The notes beneath the pieces were generated by a model. It saw only the letters and a program-made list of their open reading frames with translations, had not been told where the DNA came from and searched no databases. From an uncultured bacterium (lineage in GTDB: Bacteria; Patescibacteriota; Minisyncoccia; Phycocordibacterales; GWA1-40-21): 39,360 nt of DNA. Positions 6,859-15,898 of this stretch are shown here, piece by piece (the stretch's first letter is position 1; each line of letters begins with the position of its first letter). The stretch spans positions 1-39,360 of the forward strand of contig CAIKXE010000007.1 in NCBI GenBank assembly GCA_903831305.1, written 5' to 3'. A program made the position numbers and the translations under genes.

Positions 6859-7779
6859 ATGATACACGAAACAGTTCTTTTAAAAGAAACAGTAGATGGT
6901 TTGAACCTTCACCCTGGGGATGTGGTCTTTGATGGCACACTCGGTGGTGGTGGGCACAGTGCTTATGTGGCCGAGCAGTTTGGCGAGCAGGTAAGAATAA
7001 TTGCTGTAGACCGAGACAGTGAAGCACTAAAGCGTGCCGAGGAAAGGTTAAAAAAACTATCAGCAAATTATTCCTTGATCTTGTCTGATTACCGACGGAT
7101 TGCTGATGTTTTGCTAAAAGCAAAGGTGAAAAATGTACAAGGCATAATTTTAGACTTGGGCCTCAGCTCAAATCAGCTCGATGAAAGTAACCGCGGGTTT
7201 TCTTTCAAGAATGATGAGCCGTTATTTATGACTTTTGCTTTACCAGCGGAGAAACCAGTCGTAACGGCGCAGACCGTGGTAAATGATTGGAAGGAGGAGA
7301 CCCTTGCGGACATCATCTACGCTTACGGTGATGAGCGCTATGCCAAACGGATTGCCAAGAAAATTGTGGAGGAGAGAGAGGTGAAGCCCATCCTGACCAC
7401 CACAGATTTGGTGGAGATAATACGCCAGGCAGTACCGGCTGGTTATCGGAAACCTGCCCGCCAAGGTTCGGCAGGCGGGGGGAAAATCCACTTTGCCACC
7501 AGGACCTTTCAAGCCCTGCGGATGGCGGTCAATGATGAGCTCGGAGCACTGAAGGAAGGGTTGGAAAAAGGTTTTGCTTGCTTGAGTGGTGGTGGCCGGA
7601 TGAGCGTGATTTCCTTTCATAGCGGTGAGGACAGAATCGTGAAGAATTACTTTCGGGATCAAGTCAAAGCCGGAAAAGCCATTTTGATAAATAAAAAACC
7701 TATGAGCGGAAGTGCGGAGGAGCTACAGAGAAATCCTCGGGCGCGCAGTGCCAAATTACGAATAGTAGAAAAAATTTAA
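6859..7779 (+). CDS. rsmH: 16S rRNA m4C1402 methyltransferase
   Basis: HETVLL, DGTLGGGGHS, DLGLSS, ATRTFQALR, ISFHSGEDRIVK and NPRARSAKLR motifs. Confidence 0.97.
   Translation: MIHETVLLKETVDGLNLHPGDVVFDGTLGGGGHSAYVAEQFGEQVRIIAVDRDSEALKRAEERLKKLSANYSLILSDYRRIADVLLKAKVKNVQGIILDLGLSSNQLDESNRGFSFKNDEPLFMTFALPAEKPVVTAQTVVNDWKEETLADIIYAYGDERYAKRIAKKIVEEREVKPILTTTDLVEIIRQAVPAGYRKPARQGSAGGGKIHFATRTFQALRMAVNDELGALKEGLEKGFACLSGGGRMSVISFHSGEDRIVKNYFRDQVKAGKAILINKKPMSGSAEELQRNPRARSAKLRIVEKI
7453..7479. repeat. 27-bp GC-rich palindromic element, in frame inside rsmH
   Basis: CCTGCCCGCC-AAGGTTC-GGCAGGCGGG encodes PARQGSAGG just before the conserved IHFATR. Confidence 0.6.
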
Positions 7780-7786
7780 TTTAAAA

Positions 7787-8119
7787 ATGTTTTGCAAAAA
7801 GAACAAAAGAATATGTAATCGTGAGCCAAACAAGATTTGGTTTTGGGCATTGGTGGTGGCTCTGTTTTTTGGAGCGGTTTCATATGGTTATTTTGTTCGG
7901 GGCACTATTGTCAATGTAGTAGCTAGACAGAGTATGCAGACTGAAATCACTGCCTTGGACACCGCTGTTTTGGATTTGGAATCACAATATATCAAAGCTA
8001 AGAATAGTGTTACTTATGAGTTGGCAGAGCAGTTGGGCTTTGTCACCGTCACTAATCAGAAGTTTGTTACTAGAAATACTGCTAATCTTGGTCTTTCGCT
8101 GGTGACACCAGAGCGCTAA
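7787..8119 (+). CDS. FtsL-like single-pass membrane coiled-coil protein
   Basis: One TM helix, a coiled coil and an AEQLGF motif; lies between rsmH and the PBP gene. Confidence 0.7.
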   Translation: MFCKKNKRICNREPNKIWFWALVVALFFGAVSYGYFVRGTIVNVVARQSMQTEITALDTAVLDLESQYIKAKNSVTYELAEQLGFVTVTNQKFVTRNTANLGLSLVTPER

Positions 8120-8126
8120 GTAAAAT

Positions 8127-9839
8127 ATGAATAATAAAGGTGAAAAGAACAGAATCAGATTAATTTTATTTGGCTTTGTTTTTTTTGCTCTAATTTTAGG
8201 TGTCCGTTTATACTATATTCAGATTATTCACGGGTCAGAATATGTTGATAAAGCGGATAGACAATATGTCTCCTTGGCCAGCAATATATTTGATCGGGGC
8301 AATATTTTTTTTCAGGATAAAGACGGTATGCCTCTAGCCGCCGCTTCACTCTCTACTGGCTATAATATCTCTATTAACCCACAAAAAATGACTGACCTGG
8401 AAGTCGCCTATAACGGTCTTTCTGCTATCATTCCCCTGGATTTGGATACCTTTTATCTTAAGGCCAATCAGAAAAGTACCGTCTATCAAAAGATAGCTGA
8501 GCATTTATCACCAGAAATGATCAATCAGGTTGAGGAACTTAAAATCCCTGGTCTTAGTATAAACAAAGAGCGCTGGCGTACCTATCCGGGTGACAGTACC
8601 GCGGCTCGAGTTTTAGGCTTTGTTGGTTATGATGGAGACAGCCTGGTCGGGCGGTATGGCTTGGAAAAATATTATGAGGATGTGTTGGCTAGAAAAAATA
8701 ACCAGGCGTATGTGAACTTTTTTGCGGAGATTTTTTCTAATCTTAAGCAAACGATCGATTCTAACTATAAAAGCGAGGGAGAGATAATTACTTCACTTGA
8801 GCCAACGGTTGAAAATTATTTAGAAAAAAAGGTTACCGAGATACAGGCAAAATATAATTCAGCTGTAACCGGCGGAATAGTGATAGATCCGATGACTGGT
8901 GAAATCATTGCCTTGGCTGCCGCCCCGACATTTGATTTAAATAATTTTAGTCAAGAAAAGGATTTGAGTGTTTTTAATAATCCCTTGGTGGAAGGCTTGT
9001 ATGAGATGGGTTCTATCATCAAGCCTTTGACTATGGCAGCTGGTATTGATTCCGGCGCCGTAAATGCTGAGACTATTTATAATGATACGGGTTCAATCAC
9101 ACTGGATACCTACACTATTAGTAATTATGATAAGAAGGCCAGAGGGCAAGTAAATATGCAGGAAGTTCTAAATCAGTCATTAAACCTGGGCGTTTCATTT
9201 GTGGTAAGAAAAATGGGGAAAGAGAAATTTGCGGATTATATGCGCGCTTTCGGTTTGGACGAGGAGACCGGTATTGATTTGCCGAGTGAGAATCATGGAC
9301 GTATGCAAAATTTGGAAAGTCCGCGTGATATAGAATATGCCACGGCGTCCTTTGGGCAGGGTATTTCCATGACTCCAATAGAGACAGTCCGTGCGCTCTC
9401 GGCCTTGGCCAATGGTGGTAAATTAGTTACTCCCCATATTGTAAAAAGGATAAACTATACTTCCGGATTATTCAATAATATCTCATATGTGAACGAGGCC
9501 AAGCAAGTGATTAAAAAAGAGACCTCTGAAGAGATATCACGGATGCTTACCGTGGTGGTAGATAAAGCTCTAGCTGGGGGGAAGGTGAGTTTGCCAAACT
9601 ATAGTGTCGCCGCTAAGACCGGGACTGCCCAGATTGCCAAACCGGGCGGTGGGTATTATGATGATAGATGGCTGCACTCCTTTTTTGGTTATTTTCCGTC
9701 ATATAATCCAAAATTTCTAGTTTTTCTTTATACGGTAGAGCCCAAAGGAGTGGACTTTGCTTCTCAGACTCTTACGACCCCATTTATGGACACTGCCAAG
9801 TTTTTAATAAATTATTATAATATTGCGCCCGACCGCTAA
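8127..9839 (+). CDS. ftsI: Class B penicillin-binding protein (FtsI-like)
   Basis: N-terminal TM, RGNIF dimerisation motif, GSIIK (SxxK), SLN (SxN) and KTGTAQ. Confidence 0.9.
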   Translation: MNNKGEKNRIRLILFGFVFFALILGVRLYYIQIIHGSEYVDKADRQYVSLASNIFDRGNIFFQDKDGMPLAAASLSTGYNISINPQKMTDLEVAYNGLSAIIPLDLDTFYLKANQKSTVYQKIAEHLSPEMINQVEELKIPGLSINKERWRTYPGDSTAARVLGFVGYDGDSLVGRYGLEKYYEDVLARKNNQAYVNFFAEIFSNLKQTIDSNYKSEGEIITSLEPTVENYLEKKVTEIQAKYNSAVTGGIVIDPMTGEIIALAAAPTFDLNNFSQEKDLSVFNNPLVEGLYEMGSIIKPLTMAAGIDSGAVNAETIYNDTGSITLDTYTISNYDKKARGQVNMQEVLNQSLNLGVSFVVRKMGKEKFADYMRAFGLDEETGIDLPSENHGRMQNLESPRDIEYATASFGQGISMTPIETVRALSALANGGKLVTPHIVKRINYTSGLFNNISYVNEAKQVIKKETSEEISRMLTVVVDKALAGGKVSLPNYSVAAKTGTAQIAKPGGGYYDDRWLHSFFGYFPSYNPKFLVFLYTVEPKGVDFASQTLTTPFMDTAKFLINYYNIAPDR

Positions 9840-9843
9840 AAAA

Positions 9844-11142
9844 ATGATAAAAGAAATATTTAAAAAATGCATCGTTAAAATACTAGAACTTGAGGCTAAG
9901 GCAATTATTAAGAAATATCGGCCTCGGATTATTGCCGTGACTGGGAGCGTGGGTAAAACCTCTACCAAGGATGCCATCTATTCCGTCATGGCAAAAAACT
10001 TTTATGCTCGAAAGAGTGAAAAAAGTTTTAATAGTGACATCGGTGTACCACTGACGGTTTTGGGTTGTAATAACGCTTGGCTGAATCCCCTAAAATGGTC
10101 CAAAAACATTTGGCAGGGAGTGGATTTGATTGTTTTCAAAAAGGCTTATCCCGAGTGGCTGGTGCTTGAGGTGGGGGCGGATCGGCCTGGGGATATAAAG
10201 AAGATTACCAAATGGCTCAAGCCAGATATTGTGGTGGTGACCAAGTTTGCTTCTGTACCGGTGCATATTGAGTATTTTAAATCTAAGGATGAAGTGATAG
10301 CGGAAAAAGGCAATCTGGTGACCGCACTCAAGCACGATGGAGTTTTGATATTAAACAGTGATGATGCGGATGTCTTTGCTTTCAAAAATAAAACGACTAA
10401 TAAAATAATTACTTACGGTATGATGGGTGATGCGGAGGTTCGAGCCACAAATTACTCTGTCTATTATAAGGAGGATACAGGGGAACCTTTTGGCGTCCAT
10501 TTCAAAGTGGAGTATGCTAATAATTGTTTACCCGTAAAAATAATTGGCACCTTGGGTTATAACAATATTTATTCAGCACTTGCGGCCCTAACAGTGGGCA
10601 TTAGTTTGGGCTTGAACTTGGTGGAGGCCACGGAAAATTTGTCTCGGCATATTGCTCCGCGAGGAAGGATGAATTTAGTTAAAGGTATAAAGCGCTCCAC
10701 CATTATTGATGATACTTATAATTCCTCACCGGTGGCGCTAAATTCTGCCCTGGAGACCTTGCGTGATCTAAAAACTAAATATCGAAAGATAGCGGTGCTC
10801 GGTGATATGATGGAGCTTGGAAAACACACCAGTGATGAGCATAAACAAGCTGGTATTCTAGCGGCCACCGCTTGTGATATGCTTGTGACCGTAGGTCTGC
10901 GAGCTAGGACTATTGCTGAGAGTGCTATTGATGCCGGTTTGGATGAAGATAGTATCTTGCAGTTTGATACCTCAGTGGAGGCGGGAAAATACATTAAAGA
11001 TATTTTGCAAGAAGGGGATGTTATCCTGGTGAAAGGTTCACAGTCTGTCCGAACGGAAAAAGTGGTTAAAGAAATTATGTTTGAAACTGAACGCTCGGCA
11101 GAACTTCTGGTCCGCCAGGAGCCAGAGTGGCTGGCGAAGTAA
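9844..11142 (+). CDS. murF: UDP-MurNAc-tripeptide:D-Ala-D-Ala ligase
   Basis: VTGSVGKTSTK, DDTYNSSP, LGDMMELG and LVKGS motifs. ATG at 9844 chosen as start. Confidence 0.92.
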   Translation: MIKEIFKKCIVKILELEAKAIIKKYRPRIIAVTGSVGKTSTKDAIYSVMAKNFYARKSEKSFNSDIGVPLTVLGCNNAWLNPLKWSKNIWQGVDLIVFKKAYPEWLVLEVGADRPGDIKKITKWLKPDIVVVTKFASVPVHIEYFKSKDEVIAEKGNLVTALKHDGVLILNSDDADVFAFKNKTTNKIITYGMMGDAEVRATNYSVYYKEDTGEPFGVHFKVEYANNCLPVKIIGTLGYNNIYSALAALTVGISLGLNLVEATENLSRHIAPRGRMNLVKGIKRSTIIDDTYNSSPVALNSALETLRDLKTKYRKIAVLGDMMELGKHTSDEHKQAGILAATACDMLVTVGLRARTIAESAIDAGLDEDSILQFDTSVEAGKYIKDILQEGDVILVKGSQSVRTEKVVKEIMFETERSAELLVRQEPEWLAK

Positions 11143-11146
11143 AAAT

Positions 11147-11680
11147 ATGAAAATAATAATTTGCACGGAAAATGGAGCCAAGGTCAAAGCCGTGAAAGAG
11201 GTTTTGGAAAAAGTCTGGATAGATTTTTCCTTAGTTACGGAAAAGTTTTCCTCAGATATTGCTGAGCAACCGTTGTCCGAGGAGGAGGGGATAAAGGGAG
11301 CCATAAACCGAGCAAATAACGCTAGGTTAAAATATCCAGGTGCGGATTATTTTATTGGGATGGAGGGGTATGTGGATACAAATAATTATGGGATGTTTCT
11401 GGCGGGGATTGTGGTGATAATAAATAAAGCGGGAAAGATGGGTATTGGCTCTAGTGCCAAGATGCCACTGCCAGATTTTATTCAAAAGAAGATTGAAGCT
11501 GGGTTTGAACTTGGACCGGTGATAAAAGAACTAATGAATGATGAGGAAAATAATATTCGTCAATATGATGGGACTAACGGTTTATTATCTAAAGGTTTAT
11601 ACAATCGGGTGGATGAATTCAAAGATGCCACTAAATGTGCCTTAGCCCCTTTTAAGTCTCCGGAGTTTTATGAAAAATAA
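11147..11680 (+). CDS. Inosine/xanthosine triphosphatase (YjjX/DUF84 family)
   Basis: TxNxAKVKAV, SxIAEQP, GAINRA, GMEG and ELG motifs. ATG at 11147. Confidence 0.88.
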   Translation: MKIIICTENGAKVKAVKEVLEKVWIDFSLVTEKFSSDIAEQPLSEEEGIKGAINRANNARLKYPGADYFIGMEGYVDTNNYGMFLAGIVVIINKAGKMGIGSSAKMPLPDFIQKKIEAGFELGPVIKELMNDEENNIRQYDGTNGLLSKGLYNRVDEFKDATKCALAPFKSPEFYEK

Positions 11681-11688
11681 GTTAAAAT

Positions 11689-11719
11689 AAAAAGAGTCAC
11701 CCGAGGGGTCGGGTGACTC
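11689..11719 (-). terminator. Intrinsic terminator
   Basis: 11-bp perfect stem GAGTCACCCGA/TCGGGTGACTC followed by a T-run on the minus strand, between convergent genes. Confidence 0.75.
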
Positions 11720-11745
11720 CTCGGGTGGTATGTTGTCCCTCTTCT

Positions 11746-11997
11746 TCACGTCTGACTGGCCAGCATCTCACAGCGGTGGATCTGGATGGCCTGGACCGTT
11801 CGACCAAGCTTCTCCGCCAGTATGCGGTCGCAGGGGTGGTTTGGGCTGATGATGAGTTGTTCGTCACCTATTGTCCAGTGACTTCTGGCGTTTTTCTGGT
11901 GGACTGCTCCTTTGCGGTAGTTGCGGGCCGAGGAGATCTGCCTTTTTCGTGGGTTATTATGTCGCCACTTTTTTTCAAATAAATATCTTCCGGCCAT
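11746..11997 (-). CDS. Small basic orphan protein with Myb/SANT-like HTH
   Basis: WTxxDEQLI...LAEKLGRTVQAIQIHR pattern; AAGGGAG SD; TTGCCA-17-TATAGT promoter upstream. Confidence 0.6.
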   Translation of the reverse strand: MAGRYLFEKKWRHNNPRKRQISSARNYRKGAVHQKNARSHWTIGDEQLIISPNHPCDRILAEKLGRTVQAIQIHRCEMLASQT

Positions 11998-12151
11998 TTT
12001 GACTCCCTTTTCTTCCATGCATAGAGAACTGTCTTGTCTATTTTCTATCCAGACTATATATGTGTTTGTGGATATTGGCAAGTTAAATAAATAAATAAAT
12101 AAGTTTTGATTTTTCTGTAAAAAATGTTATATTCATTTTGTCGGAAATACT

Positions 12152-12223
12152 GGCCCTATCGTCTATCGGTTAGGACGGAGCCTTCTCAAGGCTCAAAGCG
12201 CAGTTCGATTCTGCGTAGGGTCA
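12152..12223 (+). tRNA. tRNA-Glu (anticodon CTC), CCA not encoded
   Basis: Acceptor stem GGCCCTA/TAGGGTC, anticodon arm GAGCC-TTCTCAA-GGCTC, T arm CGCAG-TTCGATT-CTGCG. Confidence 0.95.
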
Positions 12224-12405
12224 CAAAATGAGGTCACGAATTTTGTGACCCTAAGTAAGCAAATGACTTTGCTTACGTCCAGAATCGAACGGCGGAGTAA
12301 ATTTTTTTAGCAGAAAAAATAACGAGCCGGTGCCTAGGCAAATTTGAGCGACGGCGAGAATTTAGCCGAAGGAGAATGGGTATTCCCGTTTCTGCGTAGG
12401 GTCAC
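12215..12405 (+). repeat. 191-bp tRNA-3'-end-bounded repeat, copy 1
   Basis: Matches 13250-13440 with one substitution; begins and ends with GTAGGGTCAC. Confidence 0.95.
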
Positions 12406-12454
12406 CGCGTCAAACGCGGTGTAGCACGTCAGACGTGCTCACCAAACAAAAACG

Positions 12455-12712
12455 ATGCATTATGTATACCTATTATTAAGTCTAAAAGATAATGGATTGT
12501 ATATTGGTTATACGAATGATTTGAAGAGAAGATTTGAGCAACATAATAAAGGATTATCTCTATCAACTAAATATCGCCTACCCTTTAAATTAGTTTTCTA
12601 TGAATGTTTTTCAAATTCAACAGACGCTCGTAGTAGAGAAAAATATTTAAAAAGTGGGTACGGCCGGCAACAGCTTAAAGACATATTAAAGAACACTTTT
12701 AATAAAGTATAG
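12455..12712 (+). CDS. Stand-alone GIY-YIG nuclease family protein
   Basis: YVYLL...LYIGYTNDLKRRFEQHN...AxxREKYLKSG. Confidence 0.93.
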   Translation: MHYVYLLLSLKDNGLYIGYTNDLKRRFEQHNKGLSLSTKYRLPFKLVFYECFSNSTDARSREKYLKSGYGRQQLKDILKNTFNKV

Positions 12713-12770
12713 ATAATATTGTGGTTCACGCTATTTTGTTTGCGAAGCAACCTTATAATTTTGATGAAAA

Positions 12771-12808
12771 AATTTAGCCGAAGGAGAATGGGTATTCCTG
12801 TTTCTGCG
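12771..12808 (+). repeat. Partial copy of the 3' part of the 191-bp repeat
   Basis: AATTTAGCCGAAGGAGAATGGGTATTCCTGTTTCTGCG has one mismatch to 12359-12396. Confidence 0.9.
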
Positions 12809-12890
12809 CACAATCACTTGACAAAGTATGATGATACATATATGATAGTGAATAGAAAAAGCCTCAACAAAATATAGAAAGGGGGCCCTT

Positions 12891-13127
12891 GTGACAAAGC
12901 GCGGAAACAGAACTGCGTATGGTATACCATTTATTTGGGACAACCATTGCTGGTGCACTGTGCCATCAGAGACGATGCAGAAGGTTCGTATCACCCCGTC
13001 CAAGATGGAAGGTGGCGCCTGGGCAGTATTTGATGCTCGAGGAGAGATGCACGAATTGATTGGTGAGGATGTGGAAAAAAGAGCCTTCGCAATCGCGGTG
13101 GCATTCGCTGAACAAAAGGAGCACTAG
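12891..13127 (+). CDS. Small orphan protein (78 aa)
   Basis: TTGACA-17-TATGAT promoter (12818-12846), AAGGGGG SD, GTG start and downstream hairpin plus T-run (~13149-13182). Confidence 0.6.
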   Translation: MTKRGNRTAYGIPFIWDNHCWCTVPSETMQKVRITPSKMEGGAWAVFDARGEMHELIGEDVEKRAFAIAVAFAEQKEH

Positions 13128-13249
13128 GGCAAGAACCTAGAATCGCAAACCCTACGGTAGCCAACCAGCACCGTGGGGTTTTAAACTTTAACAAATAATT
13201 TTGTTCCACCCTTTTACCATTGTCTCTAAAGTGTTCCATTCCAGACTCT

Positions 13250-13440
13250 GTAGGGTCACAAAATGAGGTCACGAATTTTGTGACCCTAAGTAAGCAAATG
13301 ATTTTGCTTACGTCCAGAATCGAACGGCGGAGTAAATTTTTTTAGCAGAAAAAATAACGAGCCGGTGCCTAGGCAAATTTGAGCGACGGCGAGAATTTAG
13401 CCGAAGGAGAATGGGTATTCCCGTTTCTGCGTAGGGTCAC
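13250..13440 (+). repeat. 191-bp tRNA-3'-end-bounded repeat, copy 2
   Basis: Direct repeat of 12215-12405, offset 1035. Confidence 0.95.
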
Positions 13441-13543
13441 AAAAGCGGGTTTTTAGGCTATTGACAAACTTATAGTAATTTGCCACTCTTTGAGTAGAGA
13501 AAGAGTCATTTTTCTGAATCACGCGCTCAACCAGGAGAAGGGT

Positions 13544-13744
13544 ATGAAGTACAAAGTGTGGGTATGCAAGATCGTAGTCGCAGAAGGTGAGAAAACACCT
13601 CCGGGATTTGACTCGGAATTGCGCACAGCAGCTGTCAGTGTGGTAGAGAGCCGTGGTGTTCAGGTTCTGTCATGTGCCAGTGGCTGGTATGAAGAGCCAG
13701 CCCAGACACTGGACGACATCACCCTCGGCTCTGAAGTATCGTAA
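13544..13744 (+). CDS. Small orphan protein (66 aa)
   Basis: AGGAG SD before ATG 13544; TTGACA at 13461; strong terminator immediately after the stop. Confidence 0.6.
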   Translation: MKYKVWVCKIVVAEGEKTPPGFDSELRTAAVSVVESRGVQVLSCASGWYEEPAQTLDDITLGSEVS

Positions 13745-13796
13745 ACCGCCTCACGTGGCAAGGAATTCCGCCTTGCATACGTGAGGCGGTTTTCTT
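13743..13796 (+). terminator. Intrinsic terminator
   Basis: AAACCGCCTCACGT...ACGTGAGGCGGTTT stem followed by T-run. Confidence 0.75.
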
Positions 13797-13843
13797 TAAT
13801 GTTTCATCTCAGATCTTGTAAACTCACAAAATGAGGTAATTGA

Positions 13844-13876
13844 AAAGACGCTCGAGCAGGGGCCCGAGCGTCTTTG
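13844..13876 (-). terminator. Intrinsic terminator for the minus-strand orphan
   Basis: AAAGACGCTCG/CGAGCGTCTTT inverted repeat. Confidence 0.65.
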
Positions 13877-13893
13877 TGGTGAGGGCGGCTTGC

Positions 13894-14163
13894 TCAGTCC
13901 TTGAAGGGACTGCGAGCCGCCGCGATTTGCTCCTCCGTGTAGCGGGGGAGCCGGGGCAGAGGGCGGGTCAGGTGGCGCTCTGTAGCTGCCACTCTGGCTC
14001 GTGCCGCTCCGTGTTGGCCGAGAGTTTGGCAGATGCCACGGTACTCGCCTTCTCCTCCGCCGAACTCCGTGCAGGCCACGGCAGCCGCATACGGAGCAGC
14101 TACGTGCCGCTCTCGCATCACGGCGGCAGCCCTCGCGGTCATTTTCTCAACTTGGGTTGGCAT
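13894..14163 (-). CDS. GC-rich small orphan protein (89 aa)
   Basis: AAGGAG SD, TTGACA-18-TATAAT promoter (14244-14215) and own terminator. Confidence 0.6.
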   Translation of the reverse strand: MPTQVEKMTARAAAVMRERHVAAPYAAAVACTEFGGGEGEYRGICQTLGQHGAARARVAATERHLTRPLPRLPRYTEEQIAAARSPFKD

Positions 14164-14260
14164 GGGTCATTACTCCTTTAGTTTACCCCGCAACTCCAAT
14201 ACAATCTACATAGTATTATAACGCACTTAATAGCCTTTTGTCAAGCTCTTAAAATACGGC

Positions 14261-14716
14261 TTATTTAAATAGTTCTTCTACCACCGCCTTCACATCATCA
14301 CCATTGGCCATTCCCTTAAATTCCTTCATCAAGGCTCCCATAAATTTACCCATACCGGCTTTGTCTGTGACATTTAGTTCCTCTTTTTTGGCCACTGCCA
14401 CTTTTTTGATTTCCTCCCGGCTCATCATCTGCGGTAAAAAAGACTCTAGGATTTTTAATTCGGCCGCTTCGTTTGCCACCAGGTCTAGTCTGTTACCTTT
14501 GGTGAATTGATCAATAGAATCTTTTCTTTGTTTGACCGCTCTTTTAATCACGGCAATGGCTTCATCATCTGTCAGTTCTTCTTGTGGCATCCGGCTGGTG
14601 GCCACTAACTCATTTGTAAAAGCAGATACTAACCCGCGAGTTACTAATAGCTTAAGGGCATCTCTTGCTAGCATAGCCTCTTTAACTTTATTTCGCATTT
14701 CTTGTTGTATGGACAT
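14261..14716 (-). CDS. GatB/YqeY domain protein
   Basis: KEAMLARD, KQRKDSIDQF, ExxILxxFLPQMMS and MGKFMG motifs. Confidence 0.92.
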   Translation of the reverse strand: MSIQQEMRNKVKEAMLARDALKLLVTRGLVSAFTNELVATSRMPQEELTDDEAIAVIKRAVKQRKDSIDQFTKGNRLDLVANEAAELKILESFLPQMMSREEIKKVAVAKKEELNVTDKAGMGKFMGALMKEFKGMANGDDVKAVVEELFK

Positions 14717-14774
14717 ATTTTTATGTTTAATTAATATATTTCTATTTTAGCACACAATATGGTAAAATGTCAGC

Positions 14775-15854
14775 ATGCAAATCATTTTAATAGTAATCTT
14801 GACTTTGGTTCTCGTCGCTCTCGTGGTTCTTATTTGGCTTAATATTAAAAACAAGAAACCTGAGGAAATCAAGAAGGATGATACCGGTTTGAATCTCATT
14901 TTACAGCAGATCAACGAGCTGAATCGCACGGTGGATAATAAGATGTCTGAGTCTTCCCGGAATATGAATGATTCTATTCGTAACCAGTTCAGTGAATCCG
15001 CCAAGTTGATCAAGGATGTGACCCAAGGCTTGACCAAGCTCGATGAGACGAACAAGCAAGTGGTTTCCTTTGCGGATCAGCTACAGTCCTTGCAAGATAT
15101 TTTGAAAAATCCTAAACAACGGGGGATACTCGGGGAGTATTATCTGGAGACTTTACTTAAAAACGTCTTGCCACCTGGCAGTTTTGAGATGCAATATAAG
15201 CTAGGGAAAGATGAAGAGGGTAATGACTTGATTCCGGATGCCGTAGTCTTTGTGAAAGAGAAAATCATCCCCGTGGACTCCAAGTTTTCTTTGGAAAATT
15301 ATAATAAAATAATTGAGCAAAAGGATCCGGTGGAAAAAGAAAAGCTGGAGAAACTGTTTGTAAATGATTTGAAGAATAGGATCGTGGAGACATCTAAATA
15401 TATTCAGCCGGGCAAAGGGACCATGGATTTTGCTTTTATGTTCATCCCGCATGAGGCTATTTATTATGATTTGTTGATTAACAAGATCGGGGCTTTGAAG
15501 GAGGAGACAGAAAGTTTGATCCAGCGTGCGGCCTCTAAATATAAAGTGATTATTGTCTCGCCAACTTCTTTCCTAGCTTATTTGCAGACGGTCTTGCAAG
15601 GGCTGAAAGCGATGCAGATTGAAGAATCAGCCAAGGATATAGTCAAGCGGGTGGGAGAACTCACGGTTCATTTGAAAAAGTATGCTGAGAAATATGACAA
15701 ACTGGGTAAGTCCTTAGTAACCGTGGTGAATCAATATTCAGAAGGATCTAAAGAATTTAAAAAGATTGATAAAGATATTGTGCGCATTACGGAAGGTGAA
15801 CAGGCCTTGGGCTATGAACCACTGGAGCTAGAAAAACCAGAAATGGAGGAATAG
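14775..15854 (+). CDS. rmuC: DNA recombination protein RmuC family
   Basis: N-terminal TM and coiled coil; NPKQRGILGE, PDAVV, VDSKF, DFAFMFIPHE and IVSPTS motifs. Confidence 0.92.
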   Translation: MQIILIVILTLVLVALVVLIWLNIKNKKPEEIKKDDTGLNLILQQINELNRTVDNKMSESSRNMNDSIRNQFSESAKLIKDVTQGLTKLDETNKQVVSFADQLQSLQDILKNPKQRGILGEYYLETLLKNVLPPGSFEMQYKLGKDEEGNDLIPDAVVFVKEKIIPVDSKFSLENYNKIIEQKDPVEKEKLEKLFVNDLKNRIVETSKYIQPGKGTMDFAFMFIPHEAIYYDLLINKIGALKEETESLIQRAASKYKVIIVSPTSFLAYLQTVLQGLKAMQIEESAKDIVKRVGELTVHLKKYAEKYDKLGKSLVTVVNQYSEGSKEFKKIDKDIVRITEGEQALGYEPLELEKPEMEE

Positions 15855-15898
15855 TTTTTTATAAGCGAGTAGAAATTGGCATGTTATACTGAACCAGT

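Noticed and set aside
12215..13440. Repeats as a CRISPR array
   Set aside because: Units are 191 bp, only two are complete, they are separated by whole genes, and no cas genes are present.
12390..13440. Additional tRNA genes at the repeated tRNA 3' ends
   Set aside because: Only 10-16 nt of the acceptor/T-stem end recur; there are no D or anticodon arms.
13840..14221. Three overlapping + strand ORFs
   Set aside because: Shadows of the GC-rich minus-strand ORF 13894-14163, which has the promoter, SD and terminator.
12152..14244. Prophage or classical integrative element at tRNA-Glu
   Set aside because: No integrase, replication or structural genes, and the region is only about 2 kb.
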